NCBI GenBank assembly: GCA_947503035.1
Contig: CANNCD010000005.1
Coordinates: forward strand, 50,208-114,207
Direction of reading: 5' to 3'
Length of the DNA: 64,000 nucleotides
Origin: an uncultured Halocynthiibacter sp.
Lineage (GTDB): Bacteria > Pseudomonadota > Alphaproteobacteria > Rhodobacterales > Rhodobacteraceae
Position numbers and translations under genes: made by a program. The notes under the pieces were generated by a model. The model did no database searches, was not told the DNA's origin, and was given only the letters and a program-made list of their open reading frames with translations. Below are positions 1 through 8,883 of the stretch, one piece after another (within the stretch, counting starts at the first letter, position 1; every line of letters begins with the position of its first letter).

Positions 1-147
1 TTTATAGACATACAGTATTTTTATCCTTACGATTTTTATTAACTCGGGTTGGCATTCCCTGACCCGTGTTGACCCTGAAATTACAAGAAGCAAAGCAAGT
101 TTGTTTCAAACACACAAGAGAAATACCGCGATTAGAGTGGAAGATTA

Positions 148-1569
148 ATGTACAATGAGATGTTTCGTGGAGATGATCTACGCAAAGAGTATTCTGTAAT
201 CAAAGAGTGGATGGACAAGCACGGTCCGGAGGCACTTCTTGAACGCCAAGCCGAGGCAGAGGAACTTTTTCGACGAATAGGCATCACATTCGCGGTGTAT
301 TCTGAGGGCGCAGACACCGACCGGTTGATCCCATTCGATATGGTCCCGCGTGTATTCAATGCCGATGAATGGAACATCGTTGAGCGCGGTTCAATTCAGC
401 GCGCCAAGGCGCTTAATGCTTTTATCGCGGATATATACGGTTCCCGCGCCATCATTGAACAAGGCGTCGTTCCCGCCAGTATTTTGGAAAACAACCCTGC
501 TTATTTGCCCGCAATGAACGGGTTTCGTCCGCCGAATGATATCTGGGCCCATATTATTGGCGTCGATATTGTGCGCACGGATGAGAACGAATTCTATGTT
601 CTCGAGGACAACAGCCGCACCCCGTCGGGCATCTCCTATGTTCTGCAAAACCGCGAAGTGATGACGCGCATGTTCCCCAACCTGTTTGAGGGCGGTCGCG
701 TGCGTCCCGTCGACGGTTACGGCGACCATTTGGCCACCGCGATGCAAGATTGCGCACCGGCGAATTGCATCGGCGCGCCAACGCTTGCCCTGCTGACCCC
801 TGGTCAGTTCAACTCGGCCTATTACGAACATTACTTCCTTGCGGATTTGATGGGGATTGAGCTGGTTGAAGGGTCCGATTTGTTCGTGGACAGTGACGAC
901 AAGGTCTACATGCGCACCACCAAAGGCCCCCAACAGGTCGACGTTATTTATCGCCGCCTTGACGACGATTACATCGACCCTGAAATGTTCGAACCGACCA
1001 GTCTTTTGGGCGTGCCCGGCCTGATGCGTGCCATGATGGCCGGCAATATCACCGTCGTAAATGCCCCTGGAACGGGCATCGCGGACGACAAGGCAATCTA
1101 TACCTATGTGCCTGATATGATACGGTTCTATCTGAACGAAGAACCCGTGATCCCGAATGTGCCGACCTACTGCTGTGAACGGCCCGATGATTTGGCCTAT
1201 GTTCTGGAAAACCTCGCCGATCTGGTGGTCAAAGAGGTCCACGGATCGGGCGGGTATGGGATGTTGGTCGGCCCAACCTCCACACCAGAAGAGGTCGCCG
1301 CGTTCTATAAAAAGGTCGAGGCCAATCCCGAGAACTATATCGCGCAACCGACACTGTCTTTGTCGACGTCACCGATCCTGACACCGGACGGTATGTCGCC
1401 GCGCCACGTCGATCTACGCCCCTATGTCATCTCAGGGGCAACCACATCTCTTATTCCAAGCGGTCTGTCGCGCGTCGCTTTGACCGAAGGGTCACTTATC
1501 GTTAACTCAAGCCAAGGCGGCGGAGTGAAAGATACGTGGGTACTAAACGAAGGAGCATCCCATGCTTAG
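148..1569 (+). CDS. circularly permuted ATP-grasp (type 2, COG2308-like) amidoligase-family protein
   Basis: 473-aa ORF. Stretches such as FYVLEDNSRTPSGISYVLQNREVM and NAPGTGIADDKAIY match the family that precedes alpha-E genes. It overlaps the next gene by 8 nt. Confidence 0.85.
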   Translation: MYNEMFRGDDLRKEYSVIKEWMDKHGPEALLERQAEAEELFRRIGITFAVYSEGADTDRLIPFDMVPRVFNADEWNIVERGSIQRAKALNAFIADIYGSRAIIEQGVVPASILENNPAYLPAMNGFRPPNDIWAHIIGVDIVRTDENEFYVLEDNSRTPSGISYVLQNREVMTRMFPNLFEGGRVRPVDGYGDHLATAMQDCAPANCIGAPTLALLTPGQFNSAYYEHYFLADLMGIELVEGSDLFVDSDDKVYMRTTKGPQQVDVIYRRLDDDYIDPEMFEPTSLLGVPGLMRAMMAGNITVVNAPGTGIADDKAIYTYVPDMIRFYLNEEPVIPNVPTYCCERPDDLAYVLENLADLVVKEVHGSGGYGMLVGPTSTPEEVAAFYKKVEANPENYIAQPTLSLSTSPILTPDGMSPRHVDLRPYVISGATTSLIPSGLSRVALTEGSLIVNSSQGGGVKDTWVLNEGASHA

Positions 1570-2533
1570 CAGTACCGCAGAAAACCTATTTTGGATGTCC
1601 CGCTATGTAGAGCGCATGGACTTTATCGCCCGTCTTTTGGATGCTGGACGCCGTCTCGACGCGCTTCCGCGGCGCGAAGGCACGGTCGAAAGCGAATGGA
1701 CCTCAGTTTTGATTGCATCTGGCTCGGCGACGACGTTTCCTGATGATCCGCAGAACGCAACCGCCGCCTCTGTGTGCCACCATTTAATCCGCGATACTAA
1801 TAACCCGTCATCGATCATGTCCTGTATCGCTGCCGCACGTTTCAACACCAAAGCCGTGAGATCGTCGGTCACGTCCGAGGTCTGGGAGGCCATCAATCAG
1901 ACCCGTTCTGAACTACAACGGCTCATAGAACAGGATCTAGATGTTCATAATCTCAGCGCGTTTTTGGACAAGGTCCGTGGCCGCTCGATCATGATCGGTG
2001 GCGCCGCCACAGAAACGATGATCCGAGACGATCGACATGGCTACATGCAGCTCGGGAAATGGCTCGAGCGCGCGGATTCAACAGCCCGCTTGTTGGATGT
2101 AAAATACAACGTTCTGTTGCCCAAGGCGTCCGATGTCGGCGGAGGCTTGGATTATTTGCAATGGCTCCAAATTCTACGCGCGGCAAACTCGGCTGGCGCG
2201 TTTCGCCACATCTATGGTCGAAGCATCGACTCCGAAGGGGTCGTCGACATGCTGGTCCTCAATTCTGATAGCCCTCGGTCGCTGCGCACATCTCTGTCGC
2301 ATGTCTATGGCGAACTTCAAGCCCTCGTGACCCAGAACAGCCCACCCCAGCAGGACCTGCTGCACCGTGTCCGATCCAACTATACGCAGCTCATGAACCT
2401 GAGTGTCGAGGACATCTTTGCGCAGGGGCTTCATGAATGGTTGACCGCCTTTATTGTTGAGTTGAACAAGACATCGTTGCAAACTGCCACTGTTTTTGGC
2501 TTTGGGCCCGCAACAATACCGTCGTCTTCCTAA
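1562..2533 (+). CDS. alpha-E domain protein (DUF403/COG2307-like)
   Basis: 323-aa ORF. The N-terminus MLSSTAENLFWMSRYVERMD is the typical alpha-E start. ATG 1562 overlaps the upstream stop at 1567-1569. Confidence 0.8.
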   Translation: MLSSTAENLFWMSRYVERMDFIARLLDAGRRLDALPRREGTVESEWTSVLIASGSATTFPDDPQNATAASVCHHLIRDTNNPSSIMSCIAAARFNTKAVRSSVTSEVWEAINQTRSELQRLIEQDLDVHNLSAFLDKVRGRSIMIGGAATETMIRDDRHGYMQLGKWLERADSTARLLDVKYNVLLPKASDVGGGLDYLQWLQILRAANSAGAFRHIYGRSIDSEGVVDMLVLNSDSPRSLRTSLSHVYGELQALVTQNSPPQQDLLHRVRSNYTQLMNLSVEDIFAQGLHEWLTAFIVELNKTSLQTATVFGFGPATIPSSS

Positions 2534-2570
2534 AATCTTTAGAGAATACGGCGACTGTGCTGATCGATGG

Positions 2571-2613
2571 CTTGCGCCAGCGCTTGGATTAACCCATAAG
2601 CGCTGCGCGCAAG
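2571..2613 (+). promoter_or_regulatory. intercistronic imperfect stem-loop between the alpha-E and Anbu genes
   Basis: CTTGCGCCAGCGCTT (2571-2585) pairs with AAGCGCTGCGCGCAAG (2598-2613) with one bulged base and a 12-nt loop. No U-tract follows. It ends 12 nt before the Anbu RBS. Confidence 0.4.
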
Positions 2614-2634
2614 ACCCCAACGATGGAGCGAATA

Positions 2635-3366
2635 ATGACGTATTGTGTGGCAATCAAACTTAAGACCGGCATGGTGTTTTTGTCTGATACGCGTACCAAC
2701 GCGGGCATTGATAACATCTCTAAGTTCAAAAAGATGTTCACTTGGACTGTGCCAGGCGAGAGATGCATCACCATGATGACCTCGGGCAATCTATCGATCA
2801 CTCAGGCCGTGATTTCGCTTCTTCAGGAAAACATTGATCAGCCCGAGAACGGGCTCGAAACGATCTTGTCCGCGCCCTCTATGTTCCGTATTGCCGAATT
2901 GGTCGGTGATGCGATGCAAGTGGTGCAAAACCGCTATGGTCAGGGCCTCTCACAGGCCGGAGAAAGCACGATCAGCTCGATCCTTGTGGGTGGGCAACGC
3001 ATTGGTGGCTCTCCACGGTTGTTCCATGTCTATTCGGCTGGGAACTTTATCGAAGCAACCGACGAAACGCCCTATTTCCAGATTGGCGAACATAAATACG
3101 GCAAGCCAATTTTGGATCGGGTTCTGACGCCTGACACCCCGTTGGATGTCTCTGTGACCGCGGCCCTGCTGTCGATGGATTCCACGCTTCGCTCGAACCT
3201 GTCAGTTGGGATGCCCTTGGATTTGGCCGTTATGGAAACCGACCAGTTCGCGTTCTCACAAAGCAGACGGATCGAAGAAAACGACGAAAACTTTCAACGC
3301 CTCTCAGATGGCTGGTCCAGTGCAATTCGCAACGCGTTTGACCAGATGTCTCATTTATCGGTCTGA
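2635..3366 (+). CDS. Anbu-type proteasome-like (T1 family, COG3484-like) peptidase
   Basis: The ORF track starts at 2623. ATG 2635 sits 6 nt after GGAG (2625-2628) and gives the N-terminus Met-Thr (MTYCVAIKLKTGMVFLSDTRTNAG), so Thr would be exposed as the Ntn nucleophile after Met removal. The gene follows ATP-grasp and alpha-E genes. Confidence 0.8.
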   Translation: MTYCVAIKLKTGMVFLSDTRTNAGIDNISKFKKMFTWTVPGERCITMMTSGNLSITQAVISLLQENIDQPENGLETILSAPSMFRIAELVGDAMQVVQNRYGQGLSQAGESTISSILVGGQRIGGSPRLFHVYSAGNFIEATDETPYFQIGEHKYGKPILDRVLTPDTPLDVSVTAALLSMDSTLRSNLSVGMPLDLAVMETDQFAFSQSRRIEENDENFQRLSDGWSSAIRNAFDQMSHLSV

Positions 3367-3900
3367 CCCAAAGAACTTCGAAATCTCGTGCGCTGGCCTC
3401 TCGCTCAGCCATATTCGCTTCGGCTTCGCACGTTATTTTTCGCCCTGATCCATGCAGCGCGCCCAGAATGAATGTCTCGCCCAGCCAGACATTCGCGCCG
3501 GCCCGCCTGCCGCCCCCGTATTGCCAACCCGACCTGTCCGAAGCCCATACCATCCTTCTCGGCACCCCGCTTCCGGAGAACCCGCGCCTGGTCCTGATTC
3601 TGCGCAATCACATTGGGGAACGGGAAGTGCTTGAACATTCGGTCAAAGCACCTGCGTTCTAGAAACATATTGGATGCGTCGAAGTAAACGCCATTTCGTT
3701 GTACGTTTAAACAAGCGAACAACGGAGGCGGGCAAAATGCAACGCTTACGCCAAGCCTTGTGACGTTAGCACTGTGCGTCCAACGCAAAAAAGGTTTGAG
3801 TGTAAAAACTCAAGTCTTTGATAATACTGGAGGCTTATGTTTTATTGGTTGCGGGAGCCCGATTTGGACACTGTTTTAGAGAGCTGCACCAAACGTTCAT

Positions 3901-4590
3901 TTACCGGCAAGTGCCGTTAGGGAAACTATTCACAACATCAGACACAGCCCCCTCCTTTGCACAGGCGAGCTGAGCTGAGGCCCTTACCCCATCGATCAAG
4001 GGGATCCCGCAGCGTTCTTCTAGATCCTCCAAAAGGGGCGACATGCCAGCGCATCCTAAGACAACAGCGCCAGATCCATCCCGCTCAAATGCTACGCCGA
4101 TGGCGGCAGCGAGTGCCGCGCGCACTTGGATTGTCCCCTCATCAATGTCGAGCACCGCAAGACCACTCGCATGAACACCGCGGCACGCGGCTTGAGCCCC
4201 CTGTGCTTCGATATTTGCGGCGATGACAGGGACGGCGACTTGCACCGATGTCACCACTGAAAACCCACCCTGTGCCCGCGCGCCCATAATGTAAGCGGCC
4301 TGACCAATGCCATAAACGGGGCACGGTGAGGCTGCCTGCGCTTGAGCGAGGCCTGTATCGTCAAAACAGGCGATGACAATGGCATCGGCGCCCAAGGCCT
4401 TTGCATCCTCAAGCAGGCTCAACATCCCGGGGATCGCAGCATCGCCATCTTCTGGGCCTTCGATGGCCGCAGGGCCCTTCGTGTTTGTCAGGCCAGAAAC
4501 AATCGCATTGGGCACGTGATGTCGGGCGACCTTCACGACCGCATCGGTCATCGTCTGCGTGGCGTTTGGGTTGATGTAGACCAGATGCAT
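3901..4590 (-). CDS. Asp/Glu/hydantoin racemase family protein (hydantoin/allantoin racemase-like)
   Basis: 229-aa ORF with two candidate catalytic Cys residues: Cys75 in IVIACFDDTG and Cys180 in VVLGCAGM. This spacing matches the two-Cys racemase family. Its start codon overlaps the stop of the upstream permease by 1 nt (base 4590). Confidence 0.8.
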   Translation of the reverse strand: MHLVYINPNATQTMTDAVVKVARHHVPNAIVSGLTNTKGPAAIEGPEDGDAAIPGMLSLLEDAKALGADAIVIACFDDTGLAQAQAASPCPVYGIGQAAYIMGARAQGGFSVVTSVQVAVPVIAANIEAQGAQAACRGVHASGLAVLDIDEGTIQVRAALAAAIGVAFERDGSGAVVLGCAGMSPLLEDLEERCGIPLIDGVRASAQLACAKEGAVSDVVNSFPNGTCR

Positions 4591-5426
4591 TACGCGGCCT
4601 CTTTGGTCCGCGCCACGGACAGGGTTCTGCGCTTATTAAGGAGCCACACAATCACAAGAAACAGACCAATGACGATGAGAGAGAAGAAGGTGGTGAATGT
4701 GCCCAGTGCGTAGATGACGGGGGTTGTGACATTGGTTGTCATGCCAAAGATCTCGAGCGGCAGGGTGTTGTAGCTGCCAGAGGTGAGCAAGGTGCGGGCA
4801 AATTCATCATAAGAAAGCGTGAAGCCAAAGAGCGCAACGCCAATCAAAGATGGCGCAATGATCGGCACAATGACATGCCAAATGACCTGCCACGATGAGG
4901 CGCCCTGATCACGGGCCGCCTCTTCAAAGGATTTATCAAACCGGTTGAAGACCGCAAACATAATCAAAAGGCCGAAGGGCAATGTCCAGGTCAACTGGCT
5001 GCCAAACCCCGAGGTGGCCCAATGCACTTTGAAACCGAGTTGATTGAAGATGAGGCCCACCCCGAGGGAGATCAAAATGGATGGGATCACCAGAGAAGTG
5101 ATGGCAAAGTAAAACAACAGCGCGGAGCCTTTGAAGCGTTTTCGAAAGGCAAGACCGGCCATCACTGAGACGATGACCGTGGTGATCATGACCATAAAGC
5201 CGAGCGTCAAAGATCTGCGAAAGGAGCCCCAGATATCGCCAACGGCTTGCTGCTCGAAGAGCTCGCGAAACCAATTGAACGACATGCCCTGCATCGGAAA
5301 GGTGAGTCCGCCTTTGGGGCCTTGAAAAGACAAGAGGCCAATGGTCAGCGTCGGGCCATACAGAAACAAAAGGAACAGGCTGAAGAAGCTTGCAAGTACA
5401 TAGAAAGAGCGCGGCCGTTTTTCCAT
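4590..5426 (-). CDS. ABC transporter permease (PotC/spermidine-putrescine type)
   Basis: Multi-TM ORF. I chose the internal start MEKRPRSF at 5426, which is preceded by AAGGAG (complement of 5433-5438) and lies 1 nt after the upstream stop. The ORF-track start at 5471 would overlap the upstream gene. Confidence 0.85.
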   Translation of the reverse strand: MEKRPRSFYVLASFFSLFLLFLYGPTLTIGLLSFQGPKGGLTFPMQGMSFNWFRELFEQQAVGDIWGSFRRSLTLGFMVMITTVIVSVMAGLAFRKRFKGSALLFYFAITSLVIPSILISLGVGLIFNQLGFKVHWATSGFGSQLTWTLPFGLLIMFAVFNRFDKSFEEAARDQGASSWQVIWHVIVPIIAPSLIGVALFGFTLSYDEFARTLLTSGSYNTLPLEIFGMTTNVTTPVIYALGTFTTFFSLIVIGLFLVIVWLLNKRRTLSVARTKEAA

Positions 5427-5427
5427 A

Positions 5428-6339
5428 TCAAAGCTCCTTACGAATATTGACGAAGCGTAGCAGAATGCCAATCACCAAGAGCACTGTGATCAAGAGCACC
5501 ACGGCGGTGGCCGCTGCGGATGGGTATTGCAGGAGGGAAATGTCATTGGAAATCAAGCGGCCAACGTTGGCTTTTTGACTGCCAGACATAAAGCGCACCG
5601 TGATGAAATCGCCCATGACCAACGTGATGACAAAGATGGAGCCGATCATGATACCGGGCTTGGTGAGCGGCACAATGACATGCCAGAGCGTTTGAAAACC
5701 GCTGGCCCCATTGTCATAGGCGGCCTCGACAAAGGACTTATCAATACGAACCATCGTGTTGAAAATTGGGACGACCATAAAGAGCGTGTAGAGATGCACA
5801 AAGGCCAAAATGACGGAGAAATCCGAATAGAGCAGCCACTCCAGCGGCTCATCGATAATCCCCCAAGAGATCAGCGTTTGATTGGCAATGCCATTGCGCC
5901 CCAGAAAGGGGATCCATGAAATCATGCGGATGATATTGGAGGTCAAAAAGGGAATGGTGCAGAGCAAAAACAGCACCGTCTGCATCATCTGCGTGCGCAC
6001 ATGAAAGGCCAGAAAATACGCCACGGTAAAACCAATCGCGAGGGTGAAGCCCCATGTGATGAAGGCATATTTGAACGTTGCGAAGAAGACTTTGTAGGTG
6101 ACGGGCGATCCAAAAAGGAAGGCGTAATTGTCGAATTGAAAGGCGGGATAAATTGAGAATTCTGTCGCGCCCCAAAAGCTCACGACCACGATCATCAGGA
6201 TCGGAGCGATCAGGAATGTGAGCAGCACAGCCATTAAGGGGGCCGCTTGCAGATAGGCAATTATGTCGCGAGGCATGCGCATCAGAGGTCTCTTGTATAA
6301 GGGGATTGAGGGCGCAAGCGAGATGCCTGCGCCCAGCAT
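5428..6339 (-). CDS. ABC transporter permease (PotB type)
   Basis: 303-aa multi-TM ORF. The start is uncertain: alternative ATGs lie at 6282 and 6276. Confidence 0.8.
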   Translation of the reverse strand: MLGAGISLAPSIPLYKRPLMRMPRDIIAYLQAAPLMAVLLTFLIAPILMIVVVSFWGATEFSIYPAFQFDNYAFLFGSPVTYKVFFATFKYAFITWGFTLAIGFTVAYFLAFHVRTQMMQTVLFLLCTIPFLTSNIIRMISWIPFLGRNGIANQTLISWGIIDEPLEWLLYSDFSVILAFVHLYTLFMVVPIFNTMVRIDKSFVEAAYDNGASGFQTLWHVIVPLTKPGIMIGSIFVITLVMGDFITVRFMSGSQKANVGRLISNDISLLQYPSAAATAVVLLITVLLVIGILLRFVNIRKEL

Positions 6340-6350
6340 TTATGGATGGA

Positions 6351-7613
6351 TTATGCCGCGATGAACTCGTTCCACTTGCGCACCATGTATTGGTTCTCGT
6401 CCATGACAGAGTTCCAGCATGCCACTGCGCCCATGCGATCCGTAAAGGACCCGCCATCGCGCACGTCGCCTGCAACCGCCAGCTGGTCACCTGTTGGCGA
6501 TGTGATGACATCCGTTGCCGCCTTGCCTTCGTACCAGTAGCCCCATTCGTTTTCAGACATGAAGTTCTTGGAGGTTTCAGGCACAGCTGAGTAGTAGCCT
6601 TGGCGCATCAAGTAACCGCCGACCCAACCCGAGAGATACCAGTTGATGTACTCATAGGCCGCTTCCAGCTCCATGCCAGACAAGCTCGCAGACAAGCCGA
6701 GGCCGCCGCCCCATGAACGGTAACCCTCTTTGAGCGGTTGATAGACGCAAGGCACGCCGCGTGATTTCACAGCTGTGATCGCTGGCGACCACATGGATTG
6801 GATCACCACTTCGCCAGACGCCATGAGGTTCACGGATTCATCGAAGGATTTCCAGAAAGCGCGGAACTGACCATTCTTCTTGGCCTCAGTGAAGATCGCG
6901 AAGGTCTTGTCGATCTCTTCCTTGGTCATGTTGCCTTTGTCGCCATAGGAGATCTCACCCATCGACTCGCAGACCATGGCCATGTCCATGATGCCAATGG
7001 AAGAAATGTCCAAAATAGACGCTTTGCCCTTAAACTCTGGGTTCAACAACTCGGCCCATGTGTTGATCGGACGGTTGATCAAGTCAGGACGAATGCCAAG
7101 CGTATCGGCATTGTAGATGGTTGGGATCAAGGTCATCCAGCCAGAGTCTTCGGTGGCAAATTCAGTGCCATTCGGACCGTCAACAAAGCCTACCGTGTGC
7201 GGCGCGGTGCCTTGTGCAATCACGCTCTCAGGTGTGAGTTTGCCGGAGCGGAAAGTGCCGGCAATCTTGTCGAAGTTGGTTATTTTGGATGCATCCATGG
7301 CTTGCAAATTGCCAGTCGGCCAGACTTTTTTACAAATCCAATATTCGATATCCGCGATGTCAAAGCTGTCCGGCTGCGTGGCGGCGCGCTGCGTCACGCT
7401 GTCGGAATCGAGCGCCGTCATCTCGAGCGTAAAGCCAAGGTCTTCTTTCACCTTGGTTGCAACATCATTGAGGTTAGACACGCCAGTGCCGAACTGGCGA
7501 AGTTTGATATCTTTAATTTCCTGCGCCCAAACCATAGGAGCAGCAAGTGTTGAGGCCGCAGCCGCAACACCGGTTTTCAAAAGACTACGACGATTATAAC
7601 GCATTTTGGACAT
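6351..7613 (-). CDS. ABC transporter periplasmic substrate-binding protein (PotD/PotF-like family 1)
   Basis: 420-aa ORF with a twin-arginine-like signal (MRYNRRSLLKTGVAAAASTLAAPMVWA). It sits between the ATPase and permease genes. Confidence 0.85.
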   Translation of the reverse strand: MSKMRYNRRSLLKTGVAAAASTLAAPMVWAQEIKDIKLRQFGTGVSNLNDVATKVKEDLGFTLEMTALDSDSVTQRAATQPDSFDIADIEYWICKKVWPTGNLQAMDASKITNFDKIAGTFRSGKLTPESVIAQGTAPHTVGFVDGPNGTEFATEDSGWMTLIPTIYNADTLGIRPDLINRPINTWAELLNPEFKGKASILDISSIGIMDMAMVCESMGEISYGDKGNMTKEEIDKTFAIFTEAKKNGQFRAFWKSFDESVNLMASGEVVIQSMWSPAITAVKSRGVPCVYQPLKEGYRSWGGGLGLSASLSGMELEAAYEYINWYLSGWVGGYLMRQGYYSAVPETSKNFMSENEWGYWYEGKAATDVITSPTGDQLAVAGDVRDGGSFTDRMGAVACWNSVMDENQYMVRKWNEFIAA

Positions 7614-7643
7614 GTTGATTTTCCTTGTTGTGAGACAGTTTCT

Positions 7644-8618
7644 TTAGGCTTGGAGGCGGTGCAGCCGCCCCTCATCCCAAGCAAGCAAAACCGCATCGCC
7701 TGGATTTTTTGGAGTGTCGAAAAAAGTGGTATCCGCCAGCAAAGCGAGCACTTCATCGCCTGCTTCGGTCCGTGTCGTCAAAGCGACATGATTGCCTTGA
7801 TACTCAACCGACGTGATGGTGGCAGCGAGCCCAGTTTTGCCAAAGGTCACATCATCGGCGCGCAGAGCGACCTTCGTGCCGCCAAGGGTGATCACATTGT
7901 GGCCGCCCATAAAGCGCGCCACGAATTCCGTTTTGGGCGCCGACCAAACCTCGCGCGCAGGGCCAGATTGCTCAATCACGGCGTTGTTCATGACAACCAA
8001 TTCATCCCCAAGCGCCAAAGCTTCGTCCTGCCCGTGAGTGACGTGAATGAAGGTGATGCCAAGCTCGCGCTGTAGCTTCTTAAGTTCGGCGCGCATGCGG
8101 ATGCGAAGGAAGGGATCGAGAGCTGAGAGCGGTTCATCAAGCAACAAAACTTTGGGTTTTGTGACCAAGGCGCGCGCCAAGGCCACGCGCTGCTGTTGCC
8201 CTCCAGACAGCTGCGACGGGAGGCGATCCGCGAGGGCTGTCATATCCACGAGCTCCAGAAGTTCATTGGCGATGGCATGGCGCGAGGATTTATTTTCGCC
8301 CTTCATGCGCAAAGAGAAGGCCACGTTGTCGCGCACAGTCAAATGAGGAAAGAGCGCATAGTTTTGAAACATCATCGCCGTGCCGCGTTTGGCAGGCGGC
8401 AGATGTGACACATCAAACCCGTCTAAAACCACAGAGCCACCCGTGACAGCTTCATGCCCTGCGATCATGCGCAGCGTGGACGATTTTCCGCAGCCAGACG
8501 GTCCCAAAAGACAGACGTATTTGCCTGCATCAAAGCGGGCATTGATCTGATCTACGGCAAGAGCGTCGCCGTATTTCTTCGTCAAATTGATCAATTCAAG
8601 ATCGCAGCCGTCAGTCAT
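7644..8618 (-). CDS. ABC transporter ATP-binding protein (PotA-like with C-terminal TOBE-like region)
   Basis: Walker A GPSGCGKSS, signature [15 protein letters not shown], Walker B LLLDEP. Start chosen at MTDGCDLEL (8618). Confidence 0.9.
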   Translation of the reverse strand: MTDGCDLELINLTKKYGDALAVDQINARFDAGKYVCLLGPSGCGKSSTLRMIAGHEAVTGGSVVLDGFDVSHLPPAKRGTAMMFQNYALFPHLTVRDNVAFSLRMKGENKSSRHAIANELLELVDMTALADRLPSQLSGGQQQRVALARALVTKPKVLLLDEPLSALDPFLRIRMRAELKKLQRELGITFIHVTHGQDEALALGDELVVMNNAVIEQSGPAREVWSAPKTEFVARFMGGHNVITLGGTKVALRADDVTFGKTGLAATITSVEYQGNHVALTTRTEAGDEVLALLADTTFFDTPKNPGDAVLLAWDEGRLHRLQA

Positions 8619-8780
8619 TTTCACACCCTTTATAGGAAGCTTCGTGGGCCTCACCCGTCCAGCTTCACGCTCAGATGGCGCTTTTCGCCTAGGGTTTTGT
8701 GTTGAGACTTTGTTAAAAAAACCGATAGCGATGGATTTTTGTGCGCTTCAAATCGGCATGTCCTGAATTTTGTGCGCGAT

Positions 8781-8792
8781 ATTGTATACAAT
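8781..8792. promoter_or_regulatory. candidate GntR/FadR-type operator (perfect palindrome ATTGTATACAAT)
   Basis: 12-bp perfect palindrome with a GT-N-AC core, in the divergent region between the ABC operon and the GntR gene. It is nested in an outer inverted repeat, GCGCGATAT (8774-8782) / ATATCGCGC (8803-8811). Confidence 0.45.
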
Positions 8793-8883
8793 AATGCGTG
8801 CGATATCGCGCTTGAAATCCAGCACCAGCGAATCCAGTATGAGACCCAGCATATCCGCGCTGATGGACACGAAAGGACTGCAG

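Noticed and set aside
391-1347. A 318-aa minus-strand ORF inside the ATP-grasp gene. Similar long antisense ORFs occur at 19382-20086 (+), 44649-45572 (+), 54942-55700 (+), 35385-35888 (-) and 36240-36854 (-).
   Set aside because: These are shadow ORFs typical of G+C-rich coding DNA. They are Arg/Gly/His-rich, show no family resemblance, and lie fully inside genes with clear family signatures on the other strand.
3405-3788. A 127-aa minus-strand ORF downstream of Anbu, considered as a possible transglutaminase remnant or small gene.
   Set aside because: It has no Cys-His-Asp transglutaminase core or other recognisable motif. Its C-terminal half is Arg-rich, as in out-of-frame translation. 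It needs blastx to settle.
3845-3857. The 13-nt word TTGGTTGCGGGAG occurs at both 3845-3857 and 10503-10515, which could suggest a REP-like element.
   Set aside because: With about 64,000^2/2 position pairs against 4^13 possible words, dozens of 13-nt matches are expected by chance. The flanks do not extend the similarity.
8770-8883. The longer GntR ORF starting at 8770.
   Set aside because: It would place the ATTGTATACAAT palindrome and the flanking inverted repeat inside the coding sequence, and it adds a non-homologous Ser-rich leader. Later ATGs at 8839, 8863 and 8884 are more plausible.
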